Source of the DNA: the human T2T-CHM13v2.0 reference genome, Homo sapiens
Reading direction: 5' to 3' (one strand)
Assembly (NCBI RefSeq): GCF_009914755.1
Contig: NC_060928.1
Length of the DNA: 64,000 nt
A model generated the notes under the pieces. It worked only from the letters and a program-made list of their open reading frames with translations. It had not been told where the DNA came from and ran no database searches. Below are positions 23,540-38,400 of this stretch, one piece after another. A program made the translations under genes and the position numbers. Each line of letters starts with the position of its first letter. Positions within the stretch are counted from its first letter, which is position 1.

Positions 23540-24015
23540 GGACTGCCAAGGAAAACTGTGGATTGACTATGGCAATACCCATTCCTACAACTCTTCAGTG
23601 TGCAGAGACTACAGAAGTGAAATTATGTTTTTCAGACTCACTTGTAGCTAGTGTTCACTGCAGCTAGTGATTTAGGTTCTACAAAGCAAATGTACTCATT
23701 TGAGATTGATTCAGAACATGAGTCACCAGAGGACAGAGGCAAAATGTGGGGCACCCATTTTCCTGACACAAATTATGTCAGCAAATTAAGATGTATTTCT
23801 GAATTAACTGCTATAGCACTGGCACTCTGACCATGGCAGAGACAAAAACTTCATTCTTTGTCCAGTTTGATGGTGTCATTTGGGAAATTGTTTCTGCAAA
23901 CTTAGCCTAAAGACTTTTTTTAACTCATCCACCAGTTCTGTGTACTATTTAGATAGCCCTTTATAATCCCTTTCTCCTAAAGTACAGCAGATTACATTGT
24001 TTGAAATGAAAAACA
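23540..24015 (+). mobile_element. Old ERVL-class LTR (LTR33/LTR16-like)
   Basis: ..ttttcagactcacttgtagctag..tgatttaggttct..; ends tttataatccctttctcctaaa..gattacattgtttgaaatgaaaaacac. Family uncertain. Confidence 0.4.
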
Positions 24016-24730
24016 CCAAACACTGGACAATATTATATATGGGACTGTACACAGTTACTGACAGATACTCTAATCCAGTGTTGTCAAGAGATGAGAGATT
24101 GGCCTCTAAAGATAAATGAGTTCACCTGAAGCACATGAACTGTGGTTACTTCTAAAACAAGGTTGCTATGTGTATGAACCTTGTTTTAAAAGTAACTACA
24201 GTTCATGATCTCCAGGTTATAACCAGAAATACCTGGAAGTGGTACCCACTGTGCAACCTGGAAGAGCAATAGTGAACAGCTTGATCCTGAGGAGGCATGT
24301 TATGGCCTAATCCCACTCCCCCAAAATTGATTGTCAGAGAATGGAGAATTTATCATTTGGATACACACATATACAAACACACATGCATATTTATACTGCC
24401 TATTATGTTATAGTTTATGCTTCTATAAAATATAAATTTAAAATTTTATGTAGATATGTATTCTAGATATATTAAAAATTTAATATTTTCTAGCCTGTAT
24501 TTTATTCTACATAATGAAAATTTTACTGTTGTTAAATATTCTTCTACAACATCAATTTATAATTACCAATATGAACTAAATCAGTCTATTGTTTGACATC
24601 TGAGATTTTTGAAGTCTAATATTAAAAACATTTCAACAAGTATCTTAGCTATAAGTATTTGCATATGTTAGCATATATTTTTGATAATTTCCCTAGGAAA
24701 ATCCCTACACAGAAATTGATGGGTTAGTAG

Positions 24731-24732
<2 letters not shown>

Positions 24733-24783
<51 letters not shown>

Positions 24784-25066
24784 AGATGGAGTCTTGCTCT
24801 GTCTCCCAGGTTGGAGTGCAGTGGTGTGATCTCGGGTCACTGCAACCTCCGCCTTCTGGGTTCAAGCAATTCTCCCTGCCTCTGTCTTCCGAGTAGCTGG
24901 GATTACAGGCACTTGCCACCACACTCGGCTAATTTTTGTATTTTTTAGTAGAGATAGGGTTTCGCCATATTGGCCAGGCTGGTCTTGAGCTCCATACCTC
25001 AGGTGATCTGCCTGCCTCAGCCTCCCAAAGTGCTAGGATTACAAGTATGAGCCACCGCACCCAGCT
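24733..25066 (-). mobile_element. AluS with a 50-nt homopolymer tail, within old L1ME-like sequence
   Basis: T50 at 24733-24782, then a full reverse dimer with cctcaggtgatc (S-type). Confidence 0.93.
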
Positions 25067-25324
25067 GAATATTTTATGAATTTTTTGTATTATGTATTGC
25101 CAGACTGACTTCTGAAGGGGTTAGGGCATTTTTTAAGTCACCTGACAATTTATGGGGGTTTCTATGTCTTTGAAAGCTCACCAAAACTAGATTTTATTAT
25201 TTTCTTACAAATTTCCAATTTGTTGGTGAAAAAACATTTACCTAATTTTAAATTTTATATGTTTGATTCTTATGAGATTGACATGATTTAATGTTTCTTT
25301 TCTCTTTGCGTTTCTTCTTGGTAA

Positions 25325-25690
<366 letters not shown>

Positions 25691-28600
25691 TTAAAAATAA
25701 TTTCAAGTAATTTTAGATTCAGGGGAGACATGTGAAGACTTGTTAAATGAGCCTATTGTGTAATACTGAGGTTTGGGCTTAGTACCCAACAAGTAGTTTC
25801 TTAGCCCTATCTCCCTTCTCCTTCTCCCCTCTCTAGTAGTCCCCAGTGTCTGTTGTCATGTTTATATTTATGTGTACCCAGTGCTTAGCTCTCACTTACA
25901 AGTGAGAACATGTGGTATTTTGTTTTCTGTTTCTGCGGTAATTCGCTTAGAATAATGAGCTCCAGGTCAGTCCATGTTGTTGCAATGGACATGATTTCGT
26001 TCTTTTTTATGGCCATGTAGTGCCTCAGGGTATATGCACTACATTTTCTTCATCCAGTCCACTGTTGATGGGCATCTAGCTTGATTCCATGTCTTTACTC
26101 TTGTGAATAGTGCTGTGACGAACATACAAGTACTCATTTAGTAGAGGGATTTCTTTTACTTTGAGTATATACTCAGTAATGAGACTGCTGGGTTAAATGG
26201 TAGTTATTTGAGAAATCTCTAAGCTGCTTTCCACAGGGGCTGAACTAATTTACATTCCTACCAATACTATATAAGCATTTCCTTTTCTCTGCAGTCTCAC
26301 CAGCAATCTGTTCTTTTTTGACTTTTTAACAGTAGCCATTCTGACCGGAGTGGGTTGATATCTTCTTGTGGTTTTGATTTGCATTTCTCTGATGCTTAGT
26401 GAGATTGAGCATTTTTTCATTTGTTTATTGGCTGCTTAAATGTCTTCTCTTGAGAAGTGTCTGTCATGTCTTTTGCCCACTTTTTAATGGGGTAATTTGT
26501 TTTTTGCTTGTTGAATTCTTTAAGATCCTTATAGATGTTGGATATCAGACCTTTGGCAGAGGCATAGTTTTCAAGTATCTTCTGCCCTTCTGCAGGTTGT
26601 CTGTTTACTCTGTTGGTAGTTTCTGTTGCTGTGCAGAAGCTCTTTAATTAGGTCCCACTTCCCAATTTTTGTTTGGTGCAATTGCTTTTGAGGATTTAGT
26701 CATGAATTCTTCTCCAAGGCAGATGTCCACAATTTACTAGATTTTCTTTCAGGATTCTTATTTAAGGTCTTACATTTAAATCTGTAATCTGTCTTGATAT
26801 AATCTGTATATATGGTGAAAGGCAGGGCTCCAGTTTCATTCTTCTGCATGTGGCTAGTGAATTATTTCCCCATTGCTTATTTTTTGTCAACTTTGTCAAA
26901 CATCAGATGACTGCAGGTGTATAGCTTTATTTCTGCATTCTCTCTTCTGTTCCATTGATCTATGTGTCTGCTTTTGAACTAGTATCGTGCTGTTTTGCTT
27001 ACTGCAGCCTTGAAGTACAGTTGAATAATGGATAATATGATACCTCCTACTTTGTTCTTATTGCTTATGATTCCTTTGCCTTTATGGCTCTGTTTTTTAT
27101 TCCATATGAATCTTGGAATAGATTTGTTTAATTCTGTGAAAAATGACATTGGTAGTTTGAATGGAATGGTGTTGAATCTTTAGATTGCTTTGGGCAGTAT
27201 GGCCATTTTAATGATACTGATTCTTCCAATCCATGCGCATGGAATGTTTTTCCATTTGTTTGTGCCATCTATAATTTCTTTCAGCAGTGTGTTGTAGTTC
27301 TCCTTGTAGGGATCTTTTACCTCTTTGGTTAGGTGTATTCCTAGATATTTTATTTTATTTTTTGTGCACATTGTAATTGACATCACATTCTTGATTTGGC
27401 TCTCAGCTTGAACATTATAGGTGTATAGAAATGCTACTGATTTTTGTACTTAGATTTTGTATCCTGAAACTTTTCTAAAGTCATTTATCAGTTCTAGGAG
27501 CCTTCTGGCAGAGTTTTTAGGATTTTTCAGATATAGAATCATATTGGCAGTTAAGAGAGATAATTTGATTTCTTCTTTTCCTCTTTTGATGCCTTTTAAT
27601 TTTTTCCCTTGTGGGATTACTGTAGCGAGGACTATGTTGAATGGGAGTGGCAAGAGTGGGCATCCTTGTTTTGTCCTGATTCTTAAGTGGAATGTGTGCA
27701 GCTTTTCCCTGTTCAGTATGATGTTGGCTGTGAGTTTGTCATAGATGGCTCCCATTATTTTGTGGTATGTTTATTCAATTCCTAGTTTCTTGAGAGATTT
27801 TGCCAGGAAACGTTGTTGGATTTTATCAGAAGCTTTTTCTACATCTATTGAGATGATCATATGCTTTTTGTTTTTAATTCTGTTTATGTGGTGAATCATA
27901 TTTTCTGATTTGCATATGTTGAACCAACCTTGCATCCCAGGAATAAAGCCTACGTGATCATGGTAAACAGTATTTTGCTGAGGATATTTGCATCTATGTT
28001 CATCAGGGATATTGGCCTATAGTTTTTGTTCAGTTGTTTCTGGTGCGTCTTTGCCAGGTTTTGGTATCAAGGTGATGCTGGCCTTATAGAATGAAGTGGA
28101 GTCCTCCTCCTTGATTTTTCAGAATAGTTCTAGTAGAATTGGTGCCACCTCCTCCTTGTACATCTAGTAGAATTCAGCCATGAATCCATCTGGTCTGTGG
28201 CTTTTTTTGGATTGGTAGGTTTTTTTATTACTGATTCAGTTTCAGAACTTAATATTGGTCTATTCAGGTTTTCAGTTTCTTTGTGATTCAATCTTGGGAG
28301 GATGTATGTTTCTGGGAATTTATCCATTTCCTCTAAATTTTCTAGTTTTTGTATACAGCTGTTCATAATAGTCTCTGAGGATCTTTTGTATTTCTGCAGG
28401 ATCAGTTGTATTGTGACCTTTGTCATTTTTGATTGTGCTTATTTGGATCGTCTCTCTTTTTTCCTTTGTTACTCTAGCTAGTGTTCTATCGATTTTGTTT
28501 ACCTTTTCAGAGAACTAAATTTTGGGCTTGTTGATTCTTTGTATGGATTTTTGAGTCTCCATTTCATTCAGTTCTGCTTTGATTTTAGTTATTTATTTTC

Positions 28601-31600
28601 TTCTGCTGGCTTTGGGATTAGTATGTTCTTGTTTTTCCAGCTCCTCTAGATGTGAGGTTAGATCATGAATATAAGATCTTTCTAATTTTTTTATGTAGGC
28701 ATATAGCACTATAAACTTTCCTCTTAACACTGTTTTTGCTGTATCCCAGAGATTTTGGCATGCTGTGTCTCTGATTTCATTTATTTAGAGAACTTTTTGA
28801 TTTCTGCCTTAATTTTATTGTTTGCACAAAAGTTATTCAGGAGCAAGTCATTTAATTTTTCATGTAACTGTGTGGTTTAGAGAGATCCTCTTGGTATTGA
28901 TTTCTGTTTTCATTCCACTGCAGTCCAATAATATGTTTGGCATGATTTTGATTTTTTTAAAAAATTTATTGAGACTTACTTTATGGCTGGGCATGTGGTT
29001 GATCTTAGAGTTATATTCCATGTGCAGATTAGAAGAATATATATTCAGAGACTGATGAATAGAGAATTCTGTAGATGTTTACTAGGTTCAATTGATCAAG
29101 CATTGAATACAAGTCCAGAATTTCTTTGTTAGTTTTCTGCTTCGATAATCTGTCTAATGTTTTCAATGGGATATTGAAGTCACCCATGATTATTGCACGG
29201 CTGTCTATGTCTTCTCACAGCTCTAGAAGTATTTGTTTCTGGGTGCTCCAATGTTGGTTCCATATATGGGTTTAGGAAGTTAAATCTTCATGTTGAACAC
29301 TTTATCATTATGTAATGGTAAAGGCCTTTCTTTCTCCTTTTTTACTGTTGTTGCTTTAAAGTCTGTTTTATCTGATGTAAGTATAGTGACCCCTGCTTTC
29401 TTTTGTTTTCTGTTTCTGTGATAGATCTCTCTCCATCCCTTTACTTTGAGCCTGTGAGTGTTGTCACATGTGAGGTGGGTCTCTTGAAGACAGCAGACGG
29501 ACGGGTCTTGTTTTTCTGTTCAACTTGCTGCTCTCTGTCTTTTAAGTTGAGGATTTAGACTGTTTACATTCAAGGTCAATATTGATATGTGAGGTTTTGA
29601 TTCTATTGTGAAGTTGTTAGCTGGTTGCTTTGGAGTTCAATTGTATAATTACTTTATAGGATGTGTGGGCTATGTACTTAAGTGTGTTTTTGTGGTAATA
29701 GGTATCATTCTTTCATTTCCATGTTTAGAACTCCCTTAAGAGTCTCTCGTAAGGCTGATATAGTGGTAATGAATTCCCTTAGTGCTTTCTTGTCTGGAAA
29801 ATATTTTATTTCTCCTTTGCTTATGAAGCTTAGCTTGGCAGGATATTAAATTCTTGGTTGGAATTTCTTTTCTTTAAGAAGCCTGAAAATATGGCCCCAA
29901 TCTCTCCTAGCTTTTAAGTCTGCAGTTAGCCTGATAGGGTTCCCTTCATATGTGATCTGACCTTTTTCTCTGGCTGCCTTTTCTTTAGCATTGACTTTGG
30001 ACAGTTTGCTGACCTTACATCTTGGTGATGTTCTTTTTGTATAGTATCTTACAGGTGTTCTTTGGGTTTTCTTTATCTTGATATTCACATCTCTAGCAAG
30101 GTTAGGGAAATTTTCTCAAATTCTCCTCTCAAATATATTTTCCAGTTTGTTTACTTTTTCTCCTTCTCTCTCAGGAATGTAAATAATTCATTGGTTTGCT
30201 TGCTTTACATAATACCATATTTCTTGAAGTGTGTGTTCATTTTTTTAAAAAAAATCTCTTTATTTTTGTCTGTGTTAGTTCAAAAATCCAGTCTTCAAGC
30301 TCTGATATTCTTTCTTCTGATTGGTCTAGTCTATTGATTAAGCTTTTAATTGTATTTTGAAGTTTCTTAAGTGAGGTTTTCAACTCCAGAAGCTGTGATT
30401 GATTTCTTTTTAAGATGTTTATCTTTTCTTTCATTTCCTGGATTCCTTTAGAAGTTTCTTTGTATTGATTTTCAACCTTTCTTGGATCTCACTGAGGTTC
30501 TTTGCAATCCATGCTTTGAATTCTTTATCTGTCATTACTAAATTTCCATTTTGTTTAATGACCATTGCTGGAGACCTAGTGTTATCCTTTGGTGATGTCA
30601 ATACATTTGGATCTTTCATGGTAATCAGAATTCTGACACAGGTTCCTTAACATCTGAAGATTCTGGCATTTCTAATTTTTGTAATTTTAGTGCAGACAGA
30701 ATTTTTCTTTCTTTCTTTCCCTATAACATTATTGTTTTTTCTTCTGCCCTTTTCCCCCATTTCTAGGGGGTGTGACTGTAGCAAATGTTTGGTGGAATCT
30801 TTTTGCTTTGCTTCCACAGCTTTACGCATTTCAGTTGGGAGGTTTTATTTTGCACTGTGCAGTTTGACTGACAAGCCAGTAGCTAACACTTATGGGTGGG
30901 AGCTGGCAGTGGCCAATGTGGCCAGGTATGTACTAGATCCTTGTTTACTGGGAGAAGCTCCTATTGTCTCAGGCAATGGGCTGATCATGGAGTGCACAGT
31001 GATCTGAGCTCCCTGCTTAGTCCTAGCAGGGAGCCAAATGGGTGGGGCCAGACTGGGCAGGCCTGCCTGCCTGCAAGTCTCCCAGTGGTAGGCACAAGAA
31101 CCAGCACCAAAGGAAAATTCAATGGGTGGCCACCAAGCACCAGCTGCGTGCCTAGGCATGGAACTGGGAAACCTCCTCAGCCCCAAGTTCTCTATGGGGT
31201 CGGGGAGGGAGAGGGTTTTGAAGGTGCTGGCCTAAACTCCTAATCCAGGAGAGTGAGTGCTCCAGATGTCAGGAGATCTGTCTGGGTGTGCCGTGTAGAC
31301 GGCTCCCCAGCACCACAATCTCTGCAGAGGAAGGGTGGAGATGCTCAGGATGTTAATTCAGGCAAACAGGTGCTCTGAATAACTGGAGATCTGCCAGGGC
31401 ATGGAGTGGAGAGGCGCTATCTCCGTGTGGGAAGGGTGAGGCAAGTCAGGCTGCTGGTCTGGGCAAGCATGTGCTCCTGAATGCGTGGACTTATGCCTGG
31501 GCATGGAGCAGAGATGACCAAGATGTACTGTGATCCCTGCACAGAAAGGGTGGGCAACTCAGGCTTTTGAACCAGGTGAGCAGGTGCTTCAGATACCTGG

Positions 31601-32473
31601 AAATCTTCCTGGGCATGAAGCAGAGAGGGCCTCCCTGCACTTAGATCTCTCCACAGGAAGGATGGAGCAACTCAGGCTGCCAATCTGGGCAAGTGGGTGC
31701 TCCAAATGCCTGGAGATATGCCTGCAGGTGGAGTGGAGAGGGTCCCGCTACACCATGATCTCAGGGGAGGCAGGCTCTGGGGCACTCAGCAATAGCACAT
31801 GCAGACCACTTCCAGGTCACCAAGCTGGCCCTGCCTGCAAGTGTTGTCCCTCGTAGAAACCATTGTTATAGCAGATCTCCTCCCACCCCAGGCCTGCGAT
31901 GGAGGAGAGCACAATTCCAGTGCCTACTGCTGAGGTGCTTTCTACAATTCTGGCTGTGGAGGCCCCTACCCTGCTCCAGAGCATGACCTCCAAAATGTGG
32001 CCTGAGACTGAAATGCCTGCATCGCCACAGTGCCAGGTGGCCAAAGAATGACTTTGTATGTGCTGACATTAAAAATAGTGTCTTGCTCTCAGTCCCGGGT
32101 CTGGGAAATTGCCTGCAGCTTTTTCCTGGTGTCTTTCCCTCTCAGTGTCTCCAAGCCGCTCCCCAAGTTAACTCCAGGGCTTGGGAGAAACAAAGTGCCT
32201 GAATTGCTCAGATTCCTGGTGAAAAGTTGAGTCACAGAGGGAGGGTCTCTGGCCTTCTCACATACTGGGACTTCACTTACTTTTATCACTGGACACTGTC
32301 ACAGAGACTGTTTGCCCCATGGTCTTCTCCCTAGGATCTGGGGTGTCCTTCACAATTTAGTGGATTGCCATTTTCTTTCTTGAATTGAAGCTCACAGAGT
32401 TGATATCTATGTACTATCTTGCTATTTCCAAGTGGCTGAGGAACATCAAAAGCCTCTAAATCCACCATCTTGG
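25691..32473 (-). mobile_element. Full-length decayed L1 (L1PA15/16-like)
   Basis: 5' end CCAAGATGGTGG (YY1-like) at 32473; ~1.7-kb 5'UTR; ORF1 remnants (RTPVRYYTKRTSPR, YEGNPIRLTAD, ~29720-30620); ORF2 remnants (LPRLN..ENLNRPI, QGCPL, KIKYLGI..KWKNIPC); 3'UTR near 25700. Confidence 0.9.
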
Positions 32474-33424
32474 AAAAAAAAACCCTTTTGTTTAAATTAA
32501 AAAAAAATTGTTCTTTTCCTCTTATATATTGGAAAATATCTTGGGATTTTGCACTTATTACTTATGAATTAATCATAGTCTCAGTTTTCTTATTTTTTTT
32601 ACAATGATAATACCCACTATATAATATTATTATGAAGATTAAGAAAAGTAATATATTTAAATTTTCTATCAGAGTGTCTGATATATAGCTGTTCAACTAA
32701 TGTTTCCTTTCTACCATTCCTACTTCACTTCCCTACATCCCATGTCTGTAGCTAAACACTTGGGAAACTCTGCAGTAAGTTACCACTCAGATTTGGGGCC
32801 TGTAGAGTTGGGTGATGGTGAGACAAAGATGAAAGAAGAGGACCACCAAGGATCTTAGGAGGAAGTAACTGAAAAGGTTGAAATTAAATGGTTTGTATCC
32901 TCCGAGCAGTTTAGCAGAATCAAATCAGGATTTAACCCCAGCACCCTATTTCTTTAGCCATGAATTCCTTAGATGGCTTTGTCTTCTTGGGAACCCACTT
33001 CATGTGCCTTCTATCATAGAGAAACAGCTCTATCATGGCCATGCATTAATAGTGAGGAAATTTACCTACCATTTTGTCTATAGAATTATAAATTTTATGG
33101 TTGAAAGGGACCCTGATAGTCATTATGGCTACTTTTAGGCAGGCAAGAAGTATTAACATCATTTTACAGGTGAAGCAGTTGTGAACAGAGAGGGTAAATA
33201 TCCTGACCCTGGGATCTTTGTTCAATTGATGTCAGCAAGTCAGAGGTCACATAAAACATATACACTATCCTCAGAGAATGTAGGAATCGAAAATGCAGAG
33301 GGACTGGGGAATAACCTCACTTGTTTGCTTTCAGCCTATTAAAATGTAGTTCTCTGCATTCAGCTAAATGGATTTATGAGTTGCTTTATATATTTTACAT
33401 TTAACTAACCAATTTTTTTCATCA

Positions 33425-33680
33425 GAATTAGCTGGGTTGTGCTGCAAATGTGAAGAGTCTCTAAATTTCAATGGCTTAATAACAGTACATGTTTATTTTG
33501 TTACTTGTGATACATGTCTAAGACGGTTGCAGAGGCTCTGACCTTTGTAATCAGAACCCCTGATCTAGGCAACTGGAGACTCAATCTCAGCACAAACTTC
33601 CAGGATTTCTGAAGCTGGAAAATACATAAAAAATTTTAAAAAGAGTATGGTGAATCAGACAATGCCGGCCTTTTAGACCA
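33425..33680 (-). mobile_element. MLT1-like (MaLR) LTR fragment
   Basis: ttagctgggttgtgctgc..aaatttcaatggcttaataaca..gtttatttt resembles the MLT1 reverse end. Confidence 0.45.
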
Positions 33681-34546
33681 TCTTTGAGTAGAAAGACTAT
33701 TTATAATCTACACAATGAGAACAGTGCAGGATTATCAGCCATCTTTCAGTTCTGAAACATCCATAGGCCTATATTCTCTTTTATCTTGACAATGGTTGCA
33801 GTCAGGAATAAATAACAAGTCTGTTTCTTCCTGGAGGAAGTGTTCTTTCTGGTGACTTTCTACCAAAAAACCAGTTGTTTAACCTTCACTAACTTGACTT
33901 TACCATTGCCCAGAATTAACTAGAAGAGAATTTCAGAACTACCCTGCACAAAGGGGGCATCTTTTTAATACGGTATCAATAATAGGTCTGTATAGAAGTA
34001 AGTACAGCAAGAATCAGGTGGCCAGGATAATTTAGAAAGTGACACTAGTAGAAATAGTCAGAGGAAGTTGGTGTAACACAGGGATTTAGTTTAGTGTCTA
34101 TCAACAGAAGATTAAGCAGACTACAGGAGTTTATGCAAGACTACCATGGATATACACATAGTGGCAGAAGTACAAAATAAAAGAAATTAGGAATTAAGAA
34201 TAAGAACAATTGCTAATAAGTGAGTGAATGTGTGATATACACAAACACATACACATGTGTGCACACATATATACAATTTAACTCTTTATAACCTCCCCCC
34301 AGAATTAAGTACTATTTTATATTTCAGATGAGAGAACTGAAACCCAATGTTTCTTGGCTAGTAAGTGATGGTGCTGAGATGCCAGTCCAAATATATTTGA
34401 TTCTATAGATCATGGTCTTTCTATTTTTTACTGAGAGGTATTATTTCATCTAGGCCACTTCTTAGCTAAATAACATATATCATCTATATATGTTATATTA
34501 TATATATTTATAACATATATATATATTTATATTTATAACATATATC

Positions 34547-35428
34547 TGATCTTTGTTATTTCTTTTTCTCCTGCTAACTTTGGGTTTATTTGTTCTTAGT
34601 TTTTTAGTTCCTTGAGGTGTGATGTTAGGGTGTTAATCTGTGATCTTTCTACCTTTTTGAAGTAGATATTTAATGCTATAAACTTTCCTTTTAGCACTGC
34701 TTTTATGATATCCCACAGGTTCTGGTATGAGATGCTTTCATTTTCATTCATTTCAAAAAATGTTTAATTTCTGTCTTAATTGCTTCATTGATCCAGTGGT
34801 TGTTCAAGAGCATGCTGTTCAATTTCCATGTATTTATATAGTTTCCAAGGTTTCTCTTGGTATTGACTTCTAGCTTTTTCTCAACATAGTCTGAGAAGAT
34901 CCTTGACGTGATTTTGATTTTAAAAAATTTGTTAACACTAGTTTTGTGGACTAATATGTGGTGTATTGAAGAATGTTTCATGTGCTGATGAAAAGAGTGT
35001 ATATTCTGTAATTTTTGGGTAAAATGTTCTGTAAATGTCTGTTAAGTCCATTTAAAGTTCAATTTAAGTCCAATGTTTCTTTGTTAATTTTCTATCTTGA
35101 TGATGTCTTGTCTAGTGCTGTGAATGGGATGTTAAAGTCTCTCACTATTATTGTATTGCTGTCTATTTCTTTAGGTCTAGTAATTTTTGTTTTGTGAACT
35201 TGGGTGCTTTGATATTGGGTGCATATGTAGTTAGGATTGTTATATCCTCTTGCTGAATTGATCCTGTTATCATTATATAACGATCTTGTCTTTTTTTTTA
35301 ATGTTTTTTATTTAAAATCTGTTTTATCTAATGTAAGTATAGGCTATTCCTGCTTGCTTTTGGTTTCTGTTTGCATGGAATATCTTCTCCATCCCTTTAC
35401 TATTTGTGTCTTTAGGGGTAAGGTGTTT
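34547..35428 (-). mobile_element. L1PB inverted 5' segment (ORF2 endonuclease region)
   Basis: Minus-strand peptides KHLTPKDT..KIFHANRNQKQAG and [24 protein letters not shown]; ends at KPKVSRR..EITKI. Confidence 0.88.
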
Positions 35429-38400
35429 TGATGAACCACTAGTTAGACTACCCAAGAGAAGAAGAGAGAAGATCCAAATAAACATAATCAGAAATGAAAA
35501 AAGGACATTACAACTGATACTACAGAAGTACAAAAGATCGTCAGAGACTATTATGAACAATTACAGAGTCACACACTAGAAAACTTAGAGGGAATGGATA
35601 AAGTCCTGGAAACACACAAGTTCCTAAGATTGAACAAGAGAAAAACAGAACTCTCGACCAGACCAATAAAGAGTAGCAAGATTGAATCAATAATAATCCC
35701 CCAACAAAAAGACACCCAGGACCAAATGCATTCATAGCCAAATTCTTCCAAACACACAATAAAGAACTAATACCAATCCTCCTGAAACTATTCCAAAAGA
35801 TTTTGAGGAGGAGGGAATTGTCCTTAATTCTTTCTACAAGGCCAGTATCACCTTGATACCAAAACCAGACAAGGACATAACAAAAAAAGAAAACTACAGA
35901 CCAATATCCTTGATGAATATACATGCAAAAATCCTCAACAAAATACTGGCAAATCACATCCAAAATCAGCCCCAAAAGATAATACATCATGATCAGCTGG
36001 GATTTATCCAAGGGATGCAAGGATTTTTTTTTTTGAGACGGAGCCTTGCACTGTCACATGGACTGGAGTTCAATGGCATGATCTCAGCTCACTGTAACCT
36101 CTGGCTCCCAGGTTCAAGCAATTCTCCTGCCTCAGCCTCCTGAGTAGCTGGGATTACAGATGCCTGCCACCATGCCTGGCTAATTTTTTGTATTTTTAGT
36201 GGAGACAAGGTTTCACTATGTTGGCCAGGCTGGTCTTGAAAGCCTGACCTTGTGAAACACCCGCCTTGGCCTCCCAAAGTACTAGGATTACAGGCGTGAG
36301 CCACTGCACCCAGCCAATGATAGTTAACATCTACAACTTCAACCAAATTAAGGATAAAACCATGTGATCATTTCAGTAGATGCAGAATAAGCATTCAATA
36401 ACATTCAGCATCACTCCATGATAAAAATCCTCCACAAACTAGGCATAGAAGGAACATATCTCAACATAATAAAGACCATATACAACAAGCCTACAGCCAA
36501 CATCACACTTAATGTGGAAAAGTTGAAAGCCTTTCCTCTAACAACTGGGACAAGACAAGGATGCCCACTTTAACCATTCTTATTCAGCATAGTACTGGAA
36601 GTCCTCACCAGAGCAATCAGACAAGAGAAGAAAAATAAAAGGCATCCAAATTGGAAAAGAGAAATTCAAATTATGTCTGTTCATGGATGATATGATCTTA
36701 TATCTAGAAAACTATTCCACCAAAACACTTAGATTTGATAAGCAAATTTAGTAAAGTTTTAGGATACAAAATTAATGTACAGAAATTAGTAGCATTACTA
36801 TACATCCATAATAATCTAGCTGAGGCCCCAATCAAGAATTCAATCCCATTTACAATACCAAAAAAATACATAGGAATATATTTAACCACGGAGGTGAATA
36901 ATTTATGTAAAGAGAACTACAAAACACAGGGGAAAGAAATCATAGATGATACAACCAAAGGGAAACACATCCCATGCTCATGGGTTGGAAGAATCAGTAT
37001 TGGTAAAATGACCATATTGCCCAAAGCAACCTATAGATTCAGTGCAATCCCTATCAAATTAGGAACACCATTTTTCACAGAATTAGAAAAATGAATCATA
37101 ACATTTATATGGAATCAAAAAAGAGCTCAAATAACTAAAGCAATCCTAAGGAAACAGAACAAAGGCTTAGGCATCACATTGCCTGACTTCAAACTATACT
37201 ATAATGCTATAGTAACCAAAACAGCATGGTACTGATATGAAAATAAACACACAGATCAATGGAACAGAAGAGTTCAGAAATAAAGCTGTATACTTAAAAC
37301 CAACTGATATTTGACAAAGTCTGCAAAAATATACACTGGGGAAATGACATCCTATTCCATAAATGGTGCTGGGAACATTGGATAGCCATATGTAGATGGA
37401 TGAAACTGGACTCATACCTCTCACCAAATACAGCAATTAACTCAAAATGGATTAGACTTAAATGTAAGAACCAAAACCATAAAAACTCTGGAAGAAAACT
37501 TAGAAAAAACTCTTCTGGACATTGGCCTAGATACATAATTTATGACCAAGTCCTCAAAAGCAAATGCAAAAAAAAAACCAAAAATAAATAAAGAGGACTT
37601 AATTAAACTAAAAAGCTTCAGCACAGCAAAAGGAGCAATCAACAGAGTAAACAGATATCCTACAGAAAGGGGGAAAATATTTGCAAAGTCTGCATCTGAA
37701 AAAGACTAAGTTGCAGATTCTATAAGAAACTCAAACAAATTAACAAGAAAAACAACCCCACTAAAAAGTGTCAAAGGACATGAACAGAAATTTTTTTTTT
37801 TAATTTAAGAAAACTTTTAGAAATTTTTCAAAAAAAGACACACAAGCAGACAACAAACATATTATAAAATTATCAACATTACTGATTATCAGAGAAATGC
37901 AAATTTAAACCACAATGAGATATCATCTTACCTTAGTTAGAATGGCTGTTATTAAAAAGTCAAAAACTAGCAGATGTTGGCATGGATGAGGAGAAAAGGG
38001 AACACTTAAATGCTCTTGGTCGGTATGTAAATTAGTACAAACTCTATGGAAAACAGTATGGAGAGCTCTCAAAGAACTAAAAAAGAGCTATCATTCAGTC
38101 CAGCAATCCTTCTTCTAGGTTTCTACCTAAAGGAAAATAAATCACTGTATTTAAAAAAACAGCTATACTCATATGTTTATCACAGCACTACTCTCAATAT
38201 TAAAGACATGAAATCAACCTAAGTCTCAATCAATGGAGGAACGGATGAAGAAAATGTGGTATATATACACCATGGAATACTACTTAGCCAAAAAAAAGAA
38301 AGAAACTATGTCTTTTGCAGCAGTATGGATAGTTGGAACTGGAGGCCACTATCCTAAGGGAAATAACTGAGAAACAGAGAGTAAAAAGTTGCATGTTTTC

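Noticed and set aside
26399-37642. L1 ORF1/ORF2 peptides and antisense ORFs
   Set aside because: Short fragments of decayed L1s; no intact ORF.
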